From: Minisyncoccota bacterium
GTDB lineage: Bacteria > Patescibacteriota > Minisyncoccia > Phycocordibacterales > UBA9973
Reading direction: 5' to 3'
Assembly: GCA_041664605.1 (NCBI GenBank)
Contig: JBAYKO010000001.1
Span: 83,586-147,585 of the forward strand
DNA length: 64,000 bases
Of this stretch, positions 26,858 to 36,573 are shown piece by piece. The translations under genes and the position numbers were made by a program. A model generated the notes under the pieces. It ran no database searches, was not told the origin of the DNA, and worked only from the letters and a program-made list of their open reading frames with translations. Position 1 is the first letter of the stretch. Every line of letters starts with the position of its first letter.

Positions 26858-28154
26858 AATTTTAAATATAAAATTACCTAAAAAAGAAAAACGGCAAATT
26901 TTTCTTTTAGTGGTTTTTGTTTTTATGCTATTGTTTTCTCCTAAAATTTTTGCTAAAACAGCAGATGAACTTCGTGATCAAATTCAACAAAAAAACGATG
27001 AGATTGTAAAATTGGAAAAAGAAATTGAAGAATATAGAAAACAACTGACAAGTCTTGGTACCCAAACAGGATCTTTAAAAAAATCTATAAAAGAACTTGA
27101 TTTAACAAAAAAGAAATTAATGGCTGATATAAAAGTAACTGAAAATAAGATAACTTCTGCTAATTTAGATATAAAAAAATTAGAGATGCAAATAGATGAA
27201 AAAGAAGAAAAAATAGGAGATAATAAAAAAGCTATTGCTGAAAGTCTAAGAAAAATAAACGAATTTGATTCCCAAAGTATTATAGAGCAACTTTTATCTA
27301 ATGAAAAAATTTCTGATACATGGAATGATATAGACAATATGAATAGTTTACAAAAAGAGATTAGTTTTGTTATTAATGATTTGAATCAATTAAAGCAAGG
27401 GCTTCAAGAAAATAAAACTGACACAGAAAGAGTTAGAAAAAGTTTAGTAGGCCTAAAAATTGATTTATCAGATGAGAAAAAAATTGTAGAACAAAATACT
27501 AAACAAAAAAATCAGTTATTAACTGAAACTAAAAATAAAGAATCAAATTATCAAAAACTTCTTAAGCAAAAACTTGTTCTGCAGGAAGCTTTTGAGAAAG
27601 AACTTCAAAATTATGAAGCTCAATTGAAATTCGTTTTAGATCCAAGTAAACTACCTAAAACAGGAATTGGTATTTTAAGTTGGCCTCTTGATAAAATTAT
27701 AATTACCCAGAGATTTGGAAATACAGCTGCAGCAAAAAGACTTTATGCTTCTGGGTGGCATAATGGAATGGACTTCGGAATACCAGTGGGGACTCCAGTA
27801 AAATCTATGGCTGATGGAATTATTTTAGGAACAGGGGATACAGATGTTACCTGCAAAGGAGCATCTTTTGGTAAGTGGGTTTTAATCAAATATAATAATG
27901 GGTTAGCTTCAACTTATGGCCACCTATCGATGATAAAGGTTTCTTCTGGAGAAAAGGTTACAAGAGGACAAGTTGTTGGTTATAGTGGAAATACAGGATA
28001 CTCAACAGGCCCACATCTTCATGTTTCTGTTTATGCAGGGGAGGCTGTAACTGTAAAAACTATGCCAAGTAAAACTTGTGGTGGGAGAATTTACACTATG
28101 CCAATTTCTGCTATTAATGCTTATCTTGATCCTGCTTTGTATTTACTAAAATAA
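26847..28154 (+). CDS. Coiled-coil M23-family metalloendopeptidase (EnvC-like)
   Basis: Signal/TM, long coiled coil, C-terminal M23 domain with HxxxD (GWHNGMDF) and HxH (GPHLHVSVY). Confidence 0.85.
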   Translation: MKSKILNIKLPKKEKRQIFLLVVFVFMLLFSPKIFAKTADELRDQIQQKNDEIVKLEKEIEEYRKQLTSLGTQTGSLKKSIKELDLTKKKLMADIKVTENKITSANLDIKKLEMQIDEKEEKIGDNKKAIAESLRKINEFDSQSIIEQLLSNEKISDTWNDIDNMNSLQKEISFVINDLNQLKQGLQENKTDTERVRKSLVGLKIDLSDEKKIVEQNTKQKNQLLTETKNKESNYQKLLKQKLVLQEAFEKELQNYEAQLKFVLDPSKLPKTGIGILSWPLDKIIITQRFGNTAAAKRLYASGWHNGMDFGIPVGTPVKSMADGIILGTGDTDVTCKGASFGKWVLIKYNNGLASTYGHLSMIKVSSGEKVTRGQVVGYSGNTGYSTGPHLHVSVYAGEAVTVKTMPSKTCGGRIYTMPISAINAYLDPALYLLK

Positions 28155-28231
28155 TATTTTATATAATGACACACAATAAAGTATTGTGTCAATACTTAAA
28201 ACAGGATTTAAAAATTATATAATTAATAAAC

Positions 28232-28537
28232 ATGCAATATATAAAAAAACAATCAGGATTTTTAAAACTTATTATACTTATTATTATCGCAGTTTTTATC
28301 TTAAGTTTTTTAAATGTGGACGTTCAATCAAAAATAGAATCACCTCAAATCAAAAATGATCTTGTTTATATAAAAGAAAATTCAATTATTGTTTGGGATA
28401 AATATTTATCTGAGCCATTATCGTATTTATGGAATAGTGTTTTTATAACAACTCTAGTAAATTCTTTTGTCGACGGAATAAAAAAACTTAAAAATGGAGA
28501 GCCAGTTGATTTCCAGCTTATGGCTCCGCAAGTTTAA
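28232..28537 (+). CDS. Hypothetical membrane-anchored protein (101 aa)
   Basis: N-terminal TM. Confidence 0.45.
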   Translation: MQYIKKQSGFLKLIILIIIAVFILSFLNVDVQSKIESPQIKNDLVYIKENSIIVWDKYLSEPLSYLWNSVFITTLVNSFVDGIKKLKNGEPVDFQLMAPQV

Positions 28538-28546
28538 TTAAAAAAA

Positions 28547-28828
28547 ATGAAAAAAATAATTCCTCTACTATTAATAATATGTTTCCTTTTTGGTGGCTTA
28601 AATTTGACCCAGGCTGCAACTAAAAATTCAAAGAGTACTAAAAGTACTAAGACCACGGTTATTAAAAAACAAAGTAAACAAAGTTCATCTGTTAGCAAAA
28701 AAAAGATTACAAAAAAAGTTGTAAAGAAAACTATTAAGAAAAAGGTTACGAAAAAGAAAAAGAAAGAAAAATTAGTTTTACATCCACCTAAAATTGATCC
28801 GAAAAACCCACCTGGAGGACTTGATTGA
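28547..28828 (+). CDS. Hypothetical secreted lysine-rich protein (93 aa)
   Basis: Signal peptide then K/T/S-rich low-complexity sequence. Confidence 0.45.
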   Translation: MKKIIPLLLIICFLFGGLNLTQAATKNSKSTKSTKTTVIKKQSKQSSSVSKKKITKKVVKKTIKKKVTKKKKKEKLVLHPPKIDPKNPPGGLD

Positions 28829-29238
28829 ATTAGGATTTTAAAGTTAGGGCTCAAAAGGTAGAGGATAGATGCATATGTATCAATTGAAAATGAACAGAAG
28901 GCTATTTTAAGCCTCTGATAACCCGTTCTTGGTTAAAAACATAGTATTTTATATAAATATGTTTAAGATTAATGTTTTTATTAAAATAAGTATGTACCAA
29001 AAGATATATTGTGCGACACTATATTAATTTTCAAATATAGTGTTTTTTTAATCCTCCCCCATGAATATGAATCAAAAATCAAATAATAGGAATTTTATAT
29101 AGATATTACAATTATTGTAAATATATTCTTATTTAAACATGAGAAGATACACCGTAAACAAAAAAGAGAATTTTAATGCGGAGAATAACAAATAACTATC
29201 TATTGACTAACTATCTATTGACATCAGTCCCCTATTTG

Positions 29239-30129
29239 TTATCTATTTTGCACACATTGATTAAATAACTCAACTTGTTTATTATACTCTACTATATTAG
29301 ATTTTATTTCAATAATTAACATATTATATTCTTCAACAAGCGCGTTATATTCTTTTGCTTTTTCTTGATATTTTGATCCATTGATATATGTAAAGATATA
29401 ATTTTTATCTAAATCTTCTTTCATTATTTTTAATGTATTATACATATCATCAGATTTGTTCTGACTACTCTCAATAATTGATTTTAAATCCTCATTTATT
29501 TGAGGACAAGAAGACAGCGGTAATCCAAAGTGTTGCACAATTATCCAAACTTCTTTATCTTTAAAAATTCCCTTTTTAGAATACACACCTATTTCAGAAT
29601 ATTTTTCATTTAAAATATTTGCTCTATGCCCAGCACTATTCATCCACGCTTCTATTACTCCAACTTCGTTTCCAAAATCTCCTAATGCAAGATTTTCTCC
29701 TATGGTTATATAATCATAACCATTTTCTTTTGCTAGGTCTCCCACTCCTTTGTTGTCTGGAGAAATATGTTCGAAGTATTGTTTTTTAAACATATCCTCA
29801 GTTTTTTCTTTAGCCGATTGGTCTAAGTCAATATTCTCTATAAGCATTGGTAAGTTACCATTCTTAACTCTTTCCGCATTAGTTAGTTTAATTATATTTG
29901 AGATGTTTATTTCACTATTTGTATCTTCATTCGGTTTTGAATATTTTTCTAATATTTTAAGTGGTCCTGGAGTATTAACCTTTTCAGAATAATTTAAAAC
30001 TTCATTCTCTTTCTTTGGAGCACTAGAATCGTGCTTAATAAAAGTATCCTGAAATATTATTACCAATAATACAACAACAATAATAATTGCTGTTTTAAAA
30101 AAACTTTTCAGATGTTCCCGTCTATTCAT
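29239..30129 (-). CDS. Membrane-anchored CAP/SCP/PR-1-like domain protein
   Basis: N-terminal TM. C-terminal GENLALGDF...AWMNSAGHRANILNEKYSEIGVY matches the CAP-domain signature. Confidence 0.6.
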   Translation of the reverse strand: MNRREHLKSFFKTAIIIVVVLLVIIFQDTFIKHDSSAPKKENEVLNYSEKVNTPGPLKILEKYSKPNEDTNSEINISNIIKLTNAERVKNGNLPMLIENIDLDQSAKEKTEDMFKKQYFEHISPDNKGVGDLAKENGYDYITIGENLALGDFGNEVGVIEAWMNSAGHRANILNEKYSEIGVYSKKGIFKDKEVWIIVQHFGLPLSSCPQINEDLKSIIESSQNKSDDMYNTLKIMKEDLDKNYIFTYINGSKYQEKAKEYNALVEEYNMLIIEIKSNIVEYNKQVELFNQCVQNR

Positions 30130-30377
30130 ATATATGATGATAAAACATTAGAATAAAAAATCAACCTAAATTTTATACCCAAAAATCAAAAAACCACATT
30201 TGCATGTGATTTTTTGAATGAGGCCAAAAAATTCTATCAATTTTTTAAGGATTGAATGGAATTCCCTTGCGGTACGACCTTCAAACTTTTTAACCTCGTA
30301 TAACATTCTATATAAAACAAATTATTACGCAAGTATACCTGTGGATAACTTTTAGACAATCTTTTGCTTATAAAAAA

Positions 30378-30404
30378 TAAAAACCCTGTTTCCAGGGTTT
30401 TTTA
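30378..30404. terminator. Rho-independent terminator (CCCTGTTTCCAGGG + T-run)
   Basis: Stem 30384-30397. On the minus strand it follows the stop of small ORF 30420-30566. Confidence 0.7.
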
Positions 30405-30419
30405 ATAGTTTTAAGTAAA

Positions 30420-30566
30420 CTATTTATCAAGAATATATTCTATAACAACAGAATCAGTTTTTAAATCAAATACTATTCTTCTATTATTATTTTTTAAGAT
30501 AGGACAATTAGCAAATGTTACACCTAGATCTTCCCACCCTTTTTCTATTAGTTCTAAATATCTCAT
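30420..30566 (-). CDS. Unlisted small ORF (48 aa, MRYLELIEKGWEDLGVTFANCPILKNNNRRIVFDLKTDSVVIEYILDK)
   Basis: Manual translation. ATG start, TAG stop immediately followed by a terminator hairpin. Below the 60-aa cutoff of the ORF track. Confidence 0.3.
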   Translation of the reverse strand: MRYLELIEKGWEDLGVTFANCPILKNNNRRIVFDLKTDSVVIEYILDK

Positions 30567-30653
30567 CTAATATAGAATTATAAAAACTTCTTCTCCTATA
30601 ATAGATAATATTTATTATTATGTCAAACGTGCGAACTTGTCTTAGAATTCATA

Positions 30654-31061
30654 TTAATTACAACTTGTTGATCTGGTATATCCTAGTTTTTGAGCCTCCT
30701 CTTCTGATCCAAAATATATCTTATTTTTTGAACTTAATTGTTTGGCTTGTGAACAAGAGGTTGGGTAGTATTTATTCCCCCTACTTGAAGCTACAAACGG
30801 TTTATTACTTGTATTTTGGCCATTTAAAGTGCTTTCTAGAGCTATATTTTGCGTTTTAAGACCCATTCCCTCTTCTTTTGTAGTATTTATTAAATTAGCC
30901 TGATTTTCCCAATTTTGAGTAGAATCTTTAATTTTTGAAAGCCTCCCTAGTCCAAAAGAGCTAAAGGCCACTAAAATTATAATAAAAATAGTATATAAAT
31001 TACGTCCTTTTTCAGTGTCTGAAAAGACCTTGATTTTTTCATATAAATCTTTTATACTCAT
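30654..31061 (-). CDS. Membrane-anchored protein with C-terminal Ada-like zinc-ribbon (sunset-type) domain
   Basis: N-terminal TM. C-terminal YYPTSCSQAKQLSSKNKIYFGSEEEAQKLGYTRSTSC fits CxxC...FxSxEEAxxxGY..C. Confidence 0.5.
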   Translation of the reverse strand: MSIKDLYEKIKVFSDTEKGRNLYTIFIIILVAFSSFGLGRLSKIKDSTQNWENQANLINTTKEEGMGLKTQNIALESTLNGQNTSNKPFVASSRGNKYYPTSCSQAKQLSSKNKIYFGSEEEAQKLGYTRSTSCN

Positions 31062-31127
31062 ATGTATATTAATTATATTGCATTTCTTTTAAAAAGCTAA
31101 TTTAGGCTTTTTAAAATTTAATTTATT

Positions 31128-31400
31128 ATGGCACATACGAAAGCTGGAGGATCAGCAAAAAACTTAAAAGACTCAAATCCTAAATACCTCGGAACAAAAT
31201 TATACGATGGCCAAAAAGCAAAAGCTGGCTCAGTTATTATAAGACAAAGAGGTACAAAAATTTTAGCTGGAACAAATGTTGGGACTGGTAAAGACCATAC
31301 ACTTTTTGCATTAAAGGAGGGAAAAGTAAAATTTGGTTCAAAAAGAAAAAAAGGTTTTAATGGAAAAACAACTATTAAGAAGGTAGCTAATATTATCTAA
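31128..31400 (+). CDS. rpmA: 50S ribosomal protein L27
   Basis: [24 protein letters not shown]...[16 protein letters not shown]. Confidence 0.93.
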   Translation: MAHTKAGGSAKNLKDSNPKYLGTKLYDGQKAKAGSVIIRQRGTKILAGTNVGTGKDHTLFALKEGKVKFGSKRKKGFNGKTTIKKVANII

Positions 31401-31409
31401 TCTTTAATA

Positions 31410-31445
31410 AAATAAACCCCCGATCTAGATCGGGGGTTTATTTTA
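31410..31445. terminator. Bidirectional terminator (CCCCCGATCTAGATCGGGGG) between rpmA (+) and rplI (-)
   Basis: 20-nt palindromic GC stem 31417-31436 with A/T runs on both sides. Confidence 0.85.
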
Positions 31446-31889
31446 TTCTTCTCTTTCTATAATTAATTTAAAAGATGATTTTTTATTTTTTATATCAATC
31501 TGGATTTCGTATTCCCCAAGTTCCTTTATTGGTTTGTTTAAAACAAGAGCTTCTTCTGAAATTGTTATATTGTGAAGTTTTTGCATTTGAGAAATAATTT
31601 CTTTTTTGTTTACACCCGAGAATAAGCTTCCTGATTCACTTGCTCTTTCTTTTATTATTACAACTTTTCCTTTAATTTCGTCTAGATTTTTTATAAGAAG
31701 ATCATCTTGAATTTGTCTTTCTATTTGAACATTCTTTTTCATTTTTTCTATTTCCTTTGCAACTTCCGTGGTTGCAATTTTTGCTAATTTCTTGGGTATT
31801 AGAAAATTCATTGCAAATCCATCATTTACATCTTTGATATCATATTTATTTCCTATTCTAGGAACATTACTAAGTAATACAACTTTCAT
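31443..31889 (-). CDS. rplI: 50S ribosomal protein L9
   Basis: MKVVLLSNVPRIGNKYDIKDVNDGFAMNFLIP N-domain, long helix, C-domain. Confidence 0.9.
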   Translation of the reverse strand: MKVVLLSNVPRIGNKYDIKDVNDGFAMNFLIPKKLAKIATTEVAKEIEKMKKNVQIERQIQDDLLIKNLDEIKGKVVIIKERASESGSLFSGVNKKEIISQMQKLHNITISEEALVLNKPIKELGEYEIQIDIKNKKSSFKLIIEREE

Positions 31890-32015
31890 CCCATTAGAAG
31901 TAGATCGCGATCAATTCACGCATCTGGTTAATTAGGTTATTAATATTTATTATATTTGATTTCATAATTATTGTTTATTGTTTAAATTGCGATCGCGACT
32001 TCTAACGGGATTCAT
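31890..32015 (-). repeat. Start-codon-abutting inverted-repeat element, copy C (ctpA-rplI intercistronic spacer)
   Basis: Distal ATGAATCCCGTTAGAAGTCGCGATCGC and proximal GATCGCGATCTACTTCTAATGGG give an extended inverted repeat of about 25 nt including GATCGCGATC palindromes. It abuts the rplI ATG and begins 10 nt after the ctpA stop. Confidence 0.75.
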
Positions 32016-32024
32016 ATTAAAAAT

Positions 32025-33233
32025 TTATTTTAATAATTCAATGGCTTTATCAAATTGAGGATCTTTACCTTTTTCTGCGTCCTCTATTTTAAAAGGTACA
32101 CTAAAATCTGGGGTAAGTCCATTTTCTGAAATTGATATTCCGTTTGGAGTAAGCCATTTAGCAATAGTTATTTTCAGTGAAGTATCTGGAGTTACTTTTA
32201 TTAATTCTTGAACAGAACCTTTTCCAAAAGTCTTATCCCCCACCAACCTAGCTATTTTATGTTCTTGTAATGCACCTGCTAAAATTTCAGAGGCTGATGC
32301 AGATCCCCCATCTACAAGTATAATCATTTGTAAGTTTTCATTAAAAATATCATACCCCTTACTTCTATAAATTTCTTGTTCTTGTCTATTACCAAAATCT
32401 TCAATCACTACGGTTTTCCCCTCAGGTAAAAACCAACTAGCCATATCGATTGAAGCTTCTAAATATCCACCGGGGTTACCTCTTAAATCTAAAATTAATT
32501 TTGATGTTTTAGTTTCAGTAAATTTTAATAATGCTTGTCTAAATAATTCTGGAGAATTTGCAGAAAAATTATAAAGTCTTATCACAAAAATATCATCCTT
32601 TTGTTCTATATCTATTGTGGGAATATTTATTTTCTCCCTAGTTAGAGTTATTTCTTTTGGTTCCTTAAGACCAATTCTATATATTGTTAATTTGACCTTA
32701 GTTCCCACTTCCCCTCTTATTGTTTTTATTGCTTCGTCTATAGAAAAATCAGCAGTTGATTTATCGTCTATTTTTATTATTTTATCTCCAGTTTTAATTC
32801 CCGCTTTATACGCAGGAGTATCTTTAAGTGGCGCAATTACAGTTAAAATTTTATCTTTCATTCCAATTTCTATTCCAACTCCGCCAAATTCCCCGCTTAT
32901 TGTTTCTTCAAAAGCTTTATTTTCTTCGGGTGTAAAAAATGTTGTGTAAGGATCATTTAATGATGAAGTAAGACCTGATGTTGCTCCCCAGACTCTATCT
33001 TGATCAGATATATCTTTTGCCCAAGGAGATTTCTCGTTTATAAGATTCCAGACTTTCCAAAATGGTTCAAAATCCGCTTCAGATTTAAACGGTGTTTCTT
33101 TATTTAAAATATTTGTAATTTTTTGAACAGATGGCCTATTATTAAAACCTAAATAAACACCGAAAAAAAATATTCCGGCCACAATTAGCACTATTAATAT
33201 TATAGAAATTATATTTTTTTTATTTCTTACCAT
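32025..33233 (-). CDS. Carboxyl-terminal processing protease (S41, CtpA-like) with PDZ domain
   Basis: N-terminal TM, PDZ domain, catalytic LILDLRGNPGGYL, S41 Ser/Lys dyad region. Confidence 0.85.
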   Translation of the reverse strand: MVRNKKNIISIILIVLIVAGIFFFGVYLGFNNRPSVQKITNILNKETPFKSEADFEPFWKVWNLINEKSPWAKDISDQDRVWGATSGLTSSLNDPYTTFFTPEENKAFEETISGEFGGVGIEIGMKDKILTVIAPLKDTPAYKAGIKTGDKIIKIDDKSTADFSIDEAIKTIRGEVGTKVKLTIYRIGLKEPKEITLTREKINIPTIDIEQKDDIFVIRLYNFSANSPELFRQALLKFTETKTSKLILDLRGNPGGYLEASIDMASWFLPEGKTVVIEDFGNRQEQEIYRSKGYDIFNENLQMIILVDGGSASASEILAGALQEHKIARLVGDKTFGKGSVQELIKVTPDTSLKITIAKWLTPNGISISENGLTPDFSVPFKIEDAEKGKDPQFDKAIELLK

Positions 33234-33264
33234 ATCTTAGTTAAAAAATTACCTATTATAAAAA

Positions 33265-34476
33265 CTATTGAGAATCTAATGCTCCAATCGTATATGTATT
33301 TCCTGGATCCCAAATCATGAACGAATTAAGACCTGAATCATAAATTGCCTTTTTTTCGAGCCGTATCATTTCTGGTGTATAAGTTGCTCCCAAATTAAAA
33401 TCTTGTATCCAGGGTCTCATCTTTAGAGGGTTCTCTCCCATAACTTTTGCTCTTTCAACAGCTTTGTCCATTGCAAATTTAATTATTTCATAAGGTTTAC
33501 TTGCTGGATTTTTATAACCATTCCACCCTCTGGGATAGTGTGACGGATAAACCATAGGTGACACATAATCAAAATACGGAAGTGTATTTTCTAAAACTTG
33601 TCCAATATTTAAATCATCTTGGCTAGTTGCCACCAATCCAAAAACATCAGCGGACATTGGAATACCTGTATCTTTTAATTTTTCTCTTAAATATGAAAAG
33701 AAGTTTTTCATTACTTCTGACTTTGATAACCCATTACTTACCGGAAAATAAATATTTTGCATATCCCCGTCTGTTGGAAATCTTATATAGTCAAAATTTA
33801 TCTCGTCAAAACCAACAGCATATGCCTCCTTTGCAATAGCTACAGTATAATCCCACATATCTTCTGACCCGGCATCAATCCAACTTATTCCTTTTCTATC
33901 TTTCCATACCAAAGTTTTATCTGTTTTTTTCTTTACAGCTAAATCTGGTCTTTTTTTAATAAAATATGGATCTTGAAAGACAGCAATTCTCCCTATTACA
34001 TAAATATTTTTTTGGTGAAGTTCTGAAATAAATTCCCAAATATTTTTTATTCTATCTTTTGAAGATCCAATTTCTTTTAAATAGGGATCAGTGACATTAA
34101 AAGATATCATACCGGTGTAATCTTTTATGTCGATAACAAGAGAGTTTATTTCTGTCTCGTCTGCTATTTTTATTAATTTATTTCTAAAAGTTCTATCACT
34201 TGCAACCCAACTACTCATATATATAGCTTTTACTGCTTCTGGAGTTTTAATATGGGTCATTGGTGGTTTTTCATCTATTACAACTTCGTCTATCTTTACC
34301 TCCTGTTCATCAATTGTCTGACTTACATCTTTTACTTCATAATTTACTGGATATAATTTTGATAAATTTAAAAAGATAAATACTCCAAAAATTAATATAA
34401 AAAACCCCGAAATTAAAATATATTTCAAGGTCATATGTTTTCTAATTTTTGGTTGACTGTTATTCTTTGGTGTCAT
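33265..34476 (-). CDS. Membrane-anchored putative glycoside hydrolase (DUF4015/GHL-type TIM-barrel family)
   Basis: N-terminal TM. AVKAIYMSSW...INSLVIDIKDYTG...GFDEINFDYIRFP pattern typical of the DUF4015 family. Confidence 0.55.
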   Translation of the reverse strand: MTPKNNSQPKIRKHMTLKYILISGFFILIFGVFIFLNLSKLYPVNYEVKDVSQTIDEQEVKIDEVVIDEKPPMTHIKTPEAVKAIYMSSWVASDRTFRNKLIKIADETEINSLVIDIKDYTGMISFNVTDPYLKEIGSSKDRIKNIWEFISELHQKNIYVIGRIAVFQDPYFIKKRPDLAVKKKTDKTLVWKDRKGISWIDAGSEDMWDYTVAIAKEAYAVGFDEINFDYIRFPTDGDMQNIYFPVSNGLSKSEVMKNFFSYLREKLKDTGIPMSADVFGLVATSQDDLNIGQVLENTLPYFDYVSPMVYPSHYPRGWNGYKNPASKPYEIIKFAMDKAVERAKVMGENPLKMRPWIQDFNLGATYTPEMIRLEKKAIYDSGLNSFMIWDPGNTYTIGALDSQ

Positions 34477-34756
34477 TTAAATTATTTTGATATATCCCCT
34501 CTACTGCTTTCTTTTTTATTTCATGTCTATTGTCTGTAAAAGTGTTATACTTTTCTTCTTTTTTGGGCATTAAAGTTAATTTTTCTTTATGAATAAGGTA
34601 AGCTAGATACATTAAAGAAATCCCCGTTATCATTAAGAAAAATTTTTTCCAAGAGGTTGTAAGGCCTAAAAATGGTAGGATTAAAATCCAAAAGCCGAGT
34701 ATTAGAATAATTTTTTGTTTTGACATGCGTAGATTATAACAATAAATTAATATCAA
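34460..34756 (-). CDS. Hypothetical small membrane protein (98 aa, 2 TM)
   Basis: Hydrophobic N-half. Confidence 0.45.
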   Translation of the reverse strand: MILIYCYNLRMSKQKIILILGFWILILPFLGLTTSWKKFFLMITGISLMYLAYLIHKEKLTLMPKKEEKYNTFTDNRHEIKKKAVEGIYQNNLNDTKE

Positions 34757-35099
34757 AGCAAAAAGTTAATTGATTAAAGATTTATATTATTTAAGAAATT
34801 TAAAAACCCCTCAAATGAGGGGTTTTTGTTTTTGCCGGTTCTTGAGCCACTGGCTTATTGGGCTCTTCTGACGCGGCTGCCGGGTTTTTTAAATCAAAGA
34901 TGCATTTTTTGTCATTGTCGCTCGTTTCATAATGTAGCATTTTTTTGTTAAACAATCCGTGAATGAACTTATTTATTAATGTGTATATCTTAGCATATTG
35001 AAAATATTTGTCAAGCATTTTTATAATAAATATCTATTTTTAAAAAATCCTTATAAAATAATGATTTTTTACTATTCCCTATCACTTAAAAACTATAAC

Positions 35100-35660
35100 T
35101 TAGTAATAATATCCTCCCTTTACTTTAAATTTCTTTTTATCAAAAGTTACTACCATATACCAGTTCCAGGATACGGTCTTATCATCTTTTCCCACGAAAT
35201 CAAACCATATTCTTGGAAATATTTCTTTATTAATCCACCTTTCTGGTTCTTCTGACGCAGGATCGACAATAATTATATTTTTATCAGTTACATTTACAAC
35301 AACACTATAATGATCATCATTTTCATCAAACCAACCAATAATAACCGGTAATTTTTCTTCACGAATAAAATATTCCAATTCTTCTATTGATCCGTTTTCT
35401 TTTACATAAACAAAGCCACCAATTTCTTTTATGGCCTGGATCATTCCTTCATGCTCTGTCCCCTCACCTCTTCCCATTCCTGAAATACTACAAGCAACAT
35501 TAGCTAACTGTTCTTCTGTGTGATTTTTACCAAAATATGAAAGTAAAATTTTTAAAGAGGCTGGACCACAAAGTCCCATTGATTGTTGAAAAGGTTCCAC
35601 TTTAATTTTCTGCTCATCTCTGTTTACTGTATTTAATTTTTTCTTTTTCTTCCACATCAT
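35100..35660 (-). CDS. Papain-like cysteine peptidase, C39-like (Peptidase_C39_2-type) domain protein
   Basis: Catalytic Cys in GLCGPASLKILLSYFG and His in DDHYSVVVNV, with Asp/Asn downstream. Confidence 0.6.
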   Translation of the reverse strand: MMWKKKKKLNTVNRDEQKIKVEPFQQSMGLCGPASLKILLSYFGKNHTEEQLANVACSISGMGRGEGTEHEGMIQAIKEIGGFVYVKENGSIEELEYFIREEKLPVIIGWFDENDDHYSVVVNVTDKNIIIVDPASEEPERWINKEIFPRIWFDFVGKDDKTVSWNWYMVVTFDKKKFKVKGGYYY

Positions 35661-35763
35661 CCCATTAGAAATAGTTTATTTAAAACAAACTATATTTTTA
35701 CTCTGATAATTTAATCGCCTTTATTTTTAAAATTTTATTCCGCTAATTTCTAACGGGACAAGT
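35661..35763 (-). repeat. Start-codon-abutting inverted-repeat element, copy B (upstream of C39-like peptidase)
   Basis: Distal CTTGTCCCGTTAGAAATTAG (lacks the ATG). Proximal hairpin ATAGTTT...AAACTAT followed by TTTCTAATGGG then ATGATG. Confidence 0.7.
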
Positions 35764-35838
35764 AAATTTATTTTTTATAATCCCAGCACTAAAATTTTAA
35801 TTGTTCTAATAATTTTTTATTCTTATTCATCTATATAT

Positions 35839-36534
35839 CTACTTTTTATCTCTACTCAGATTATTTAAAAATTTAGTACGGGATAAATATTTTTTAATTA
35901 TTTGATCACCCCTCAAGTTTACCCAAGAATATTTCGCGTCTCCAGGATAAGCCCCGCCATGTTCTCTTCTTGTCTGTCTTTCTTTAGCCGAAGCAAAATC
36001 ATGCGCTGAATCATAAATCATCCCCTTTTTCATTAAATCTCTTTCATGTTGTTCATGAACTAATGTAAAAAATTTATCTTTCTCTCCTAAGCAGTTGTCC
36101 AACCAAATCTCATTTTGGGGAATATATTTATAAACATAATGATGGCCACCCATAACAAATTGTGGGTCTATATATTGTCTAATAATTGAACCTTCAACAT
36201 AACAAACTTTTAAACCTTCTATATTTTTTGTTCTTATATAAAAATTTGGTATTAGTCCTTTTTTACATAAAACTTTTTTTAAAAATTTACGGACATCTTT
36301 TACATTTTTACAACTCTTGGGAACTTTAGTATTTTTTAGTTTTATGAAAAAATCTAATTCTTCTTTAAAACAATAATCAAACCAAAATTTATTTTGAGGA
36401 ATATAAAATTTTGGATCATAAAAATCAGCTGGAGAATTTGTATATTCGTAAAAAACAGAAAAATCGTCATCTAGTGTTTGACGAATTAAAGCCCCATCCA
36501 CAAAGACTATATTTTCAATAGGTTTTTTCTGCAT
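35839..36534 (-). CDS. Hypothetical protein with internal tandem duplication (two about 60-aa repeats, YIPQNxxWxDxC motif)
   Basis: VFVDGALIRQTLD...FYIPQNKFWFDYC and CYVEGSIIRQYID...KYIPQNEIWLDNC align. His-rich HEQHERD segment. Confidence 0.5.
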   Translation of the reverse strand: MQKKPIENIVFVDGALIRQTLDDDFSVFYEYTNSPADFYDPKFYIPQNKFWFDYCFKEELDFFIKLKNTKVPKSCKNVKDVRKFLKKVLCKKGLIPNFYIRTKNIEGLKVCYVEGSIIRQYIDPQFVMGGHHYVYKYIPQNEIWLDNCLGEKDKFFTLVHEQHERDLMKKGMIYDSAHDFASAKERQTRREHGGAYPGDAKYSWVNLRGDQIIKKYLSRTKFLNNLSRDKK

Positions 36535-36573
36535 TAGCTCATTTTACCACAAAATAAGCCTGTAAACAACCCC

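Noticed and set aside
28600-28800. Repetitive AAAAAG/ACTAAGAGTACTAAAAGTACTAAG stretch examined as a possible CRISPR/tandem repeat
   Set aside because: It is in-frame low-complexity coding sequence of the lysine-rich secreted ORF 28547-28828. No repeat-spacer periodicity. No CRISPR array was seen anywhere in the window.
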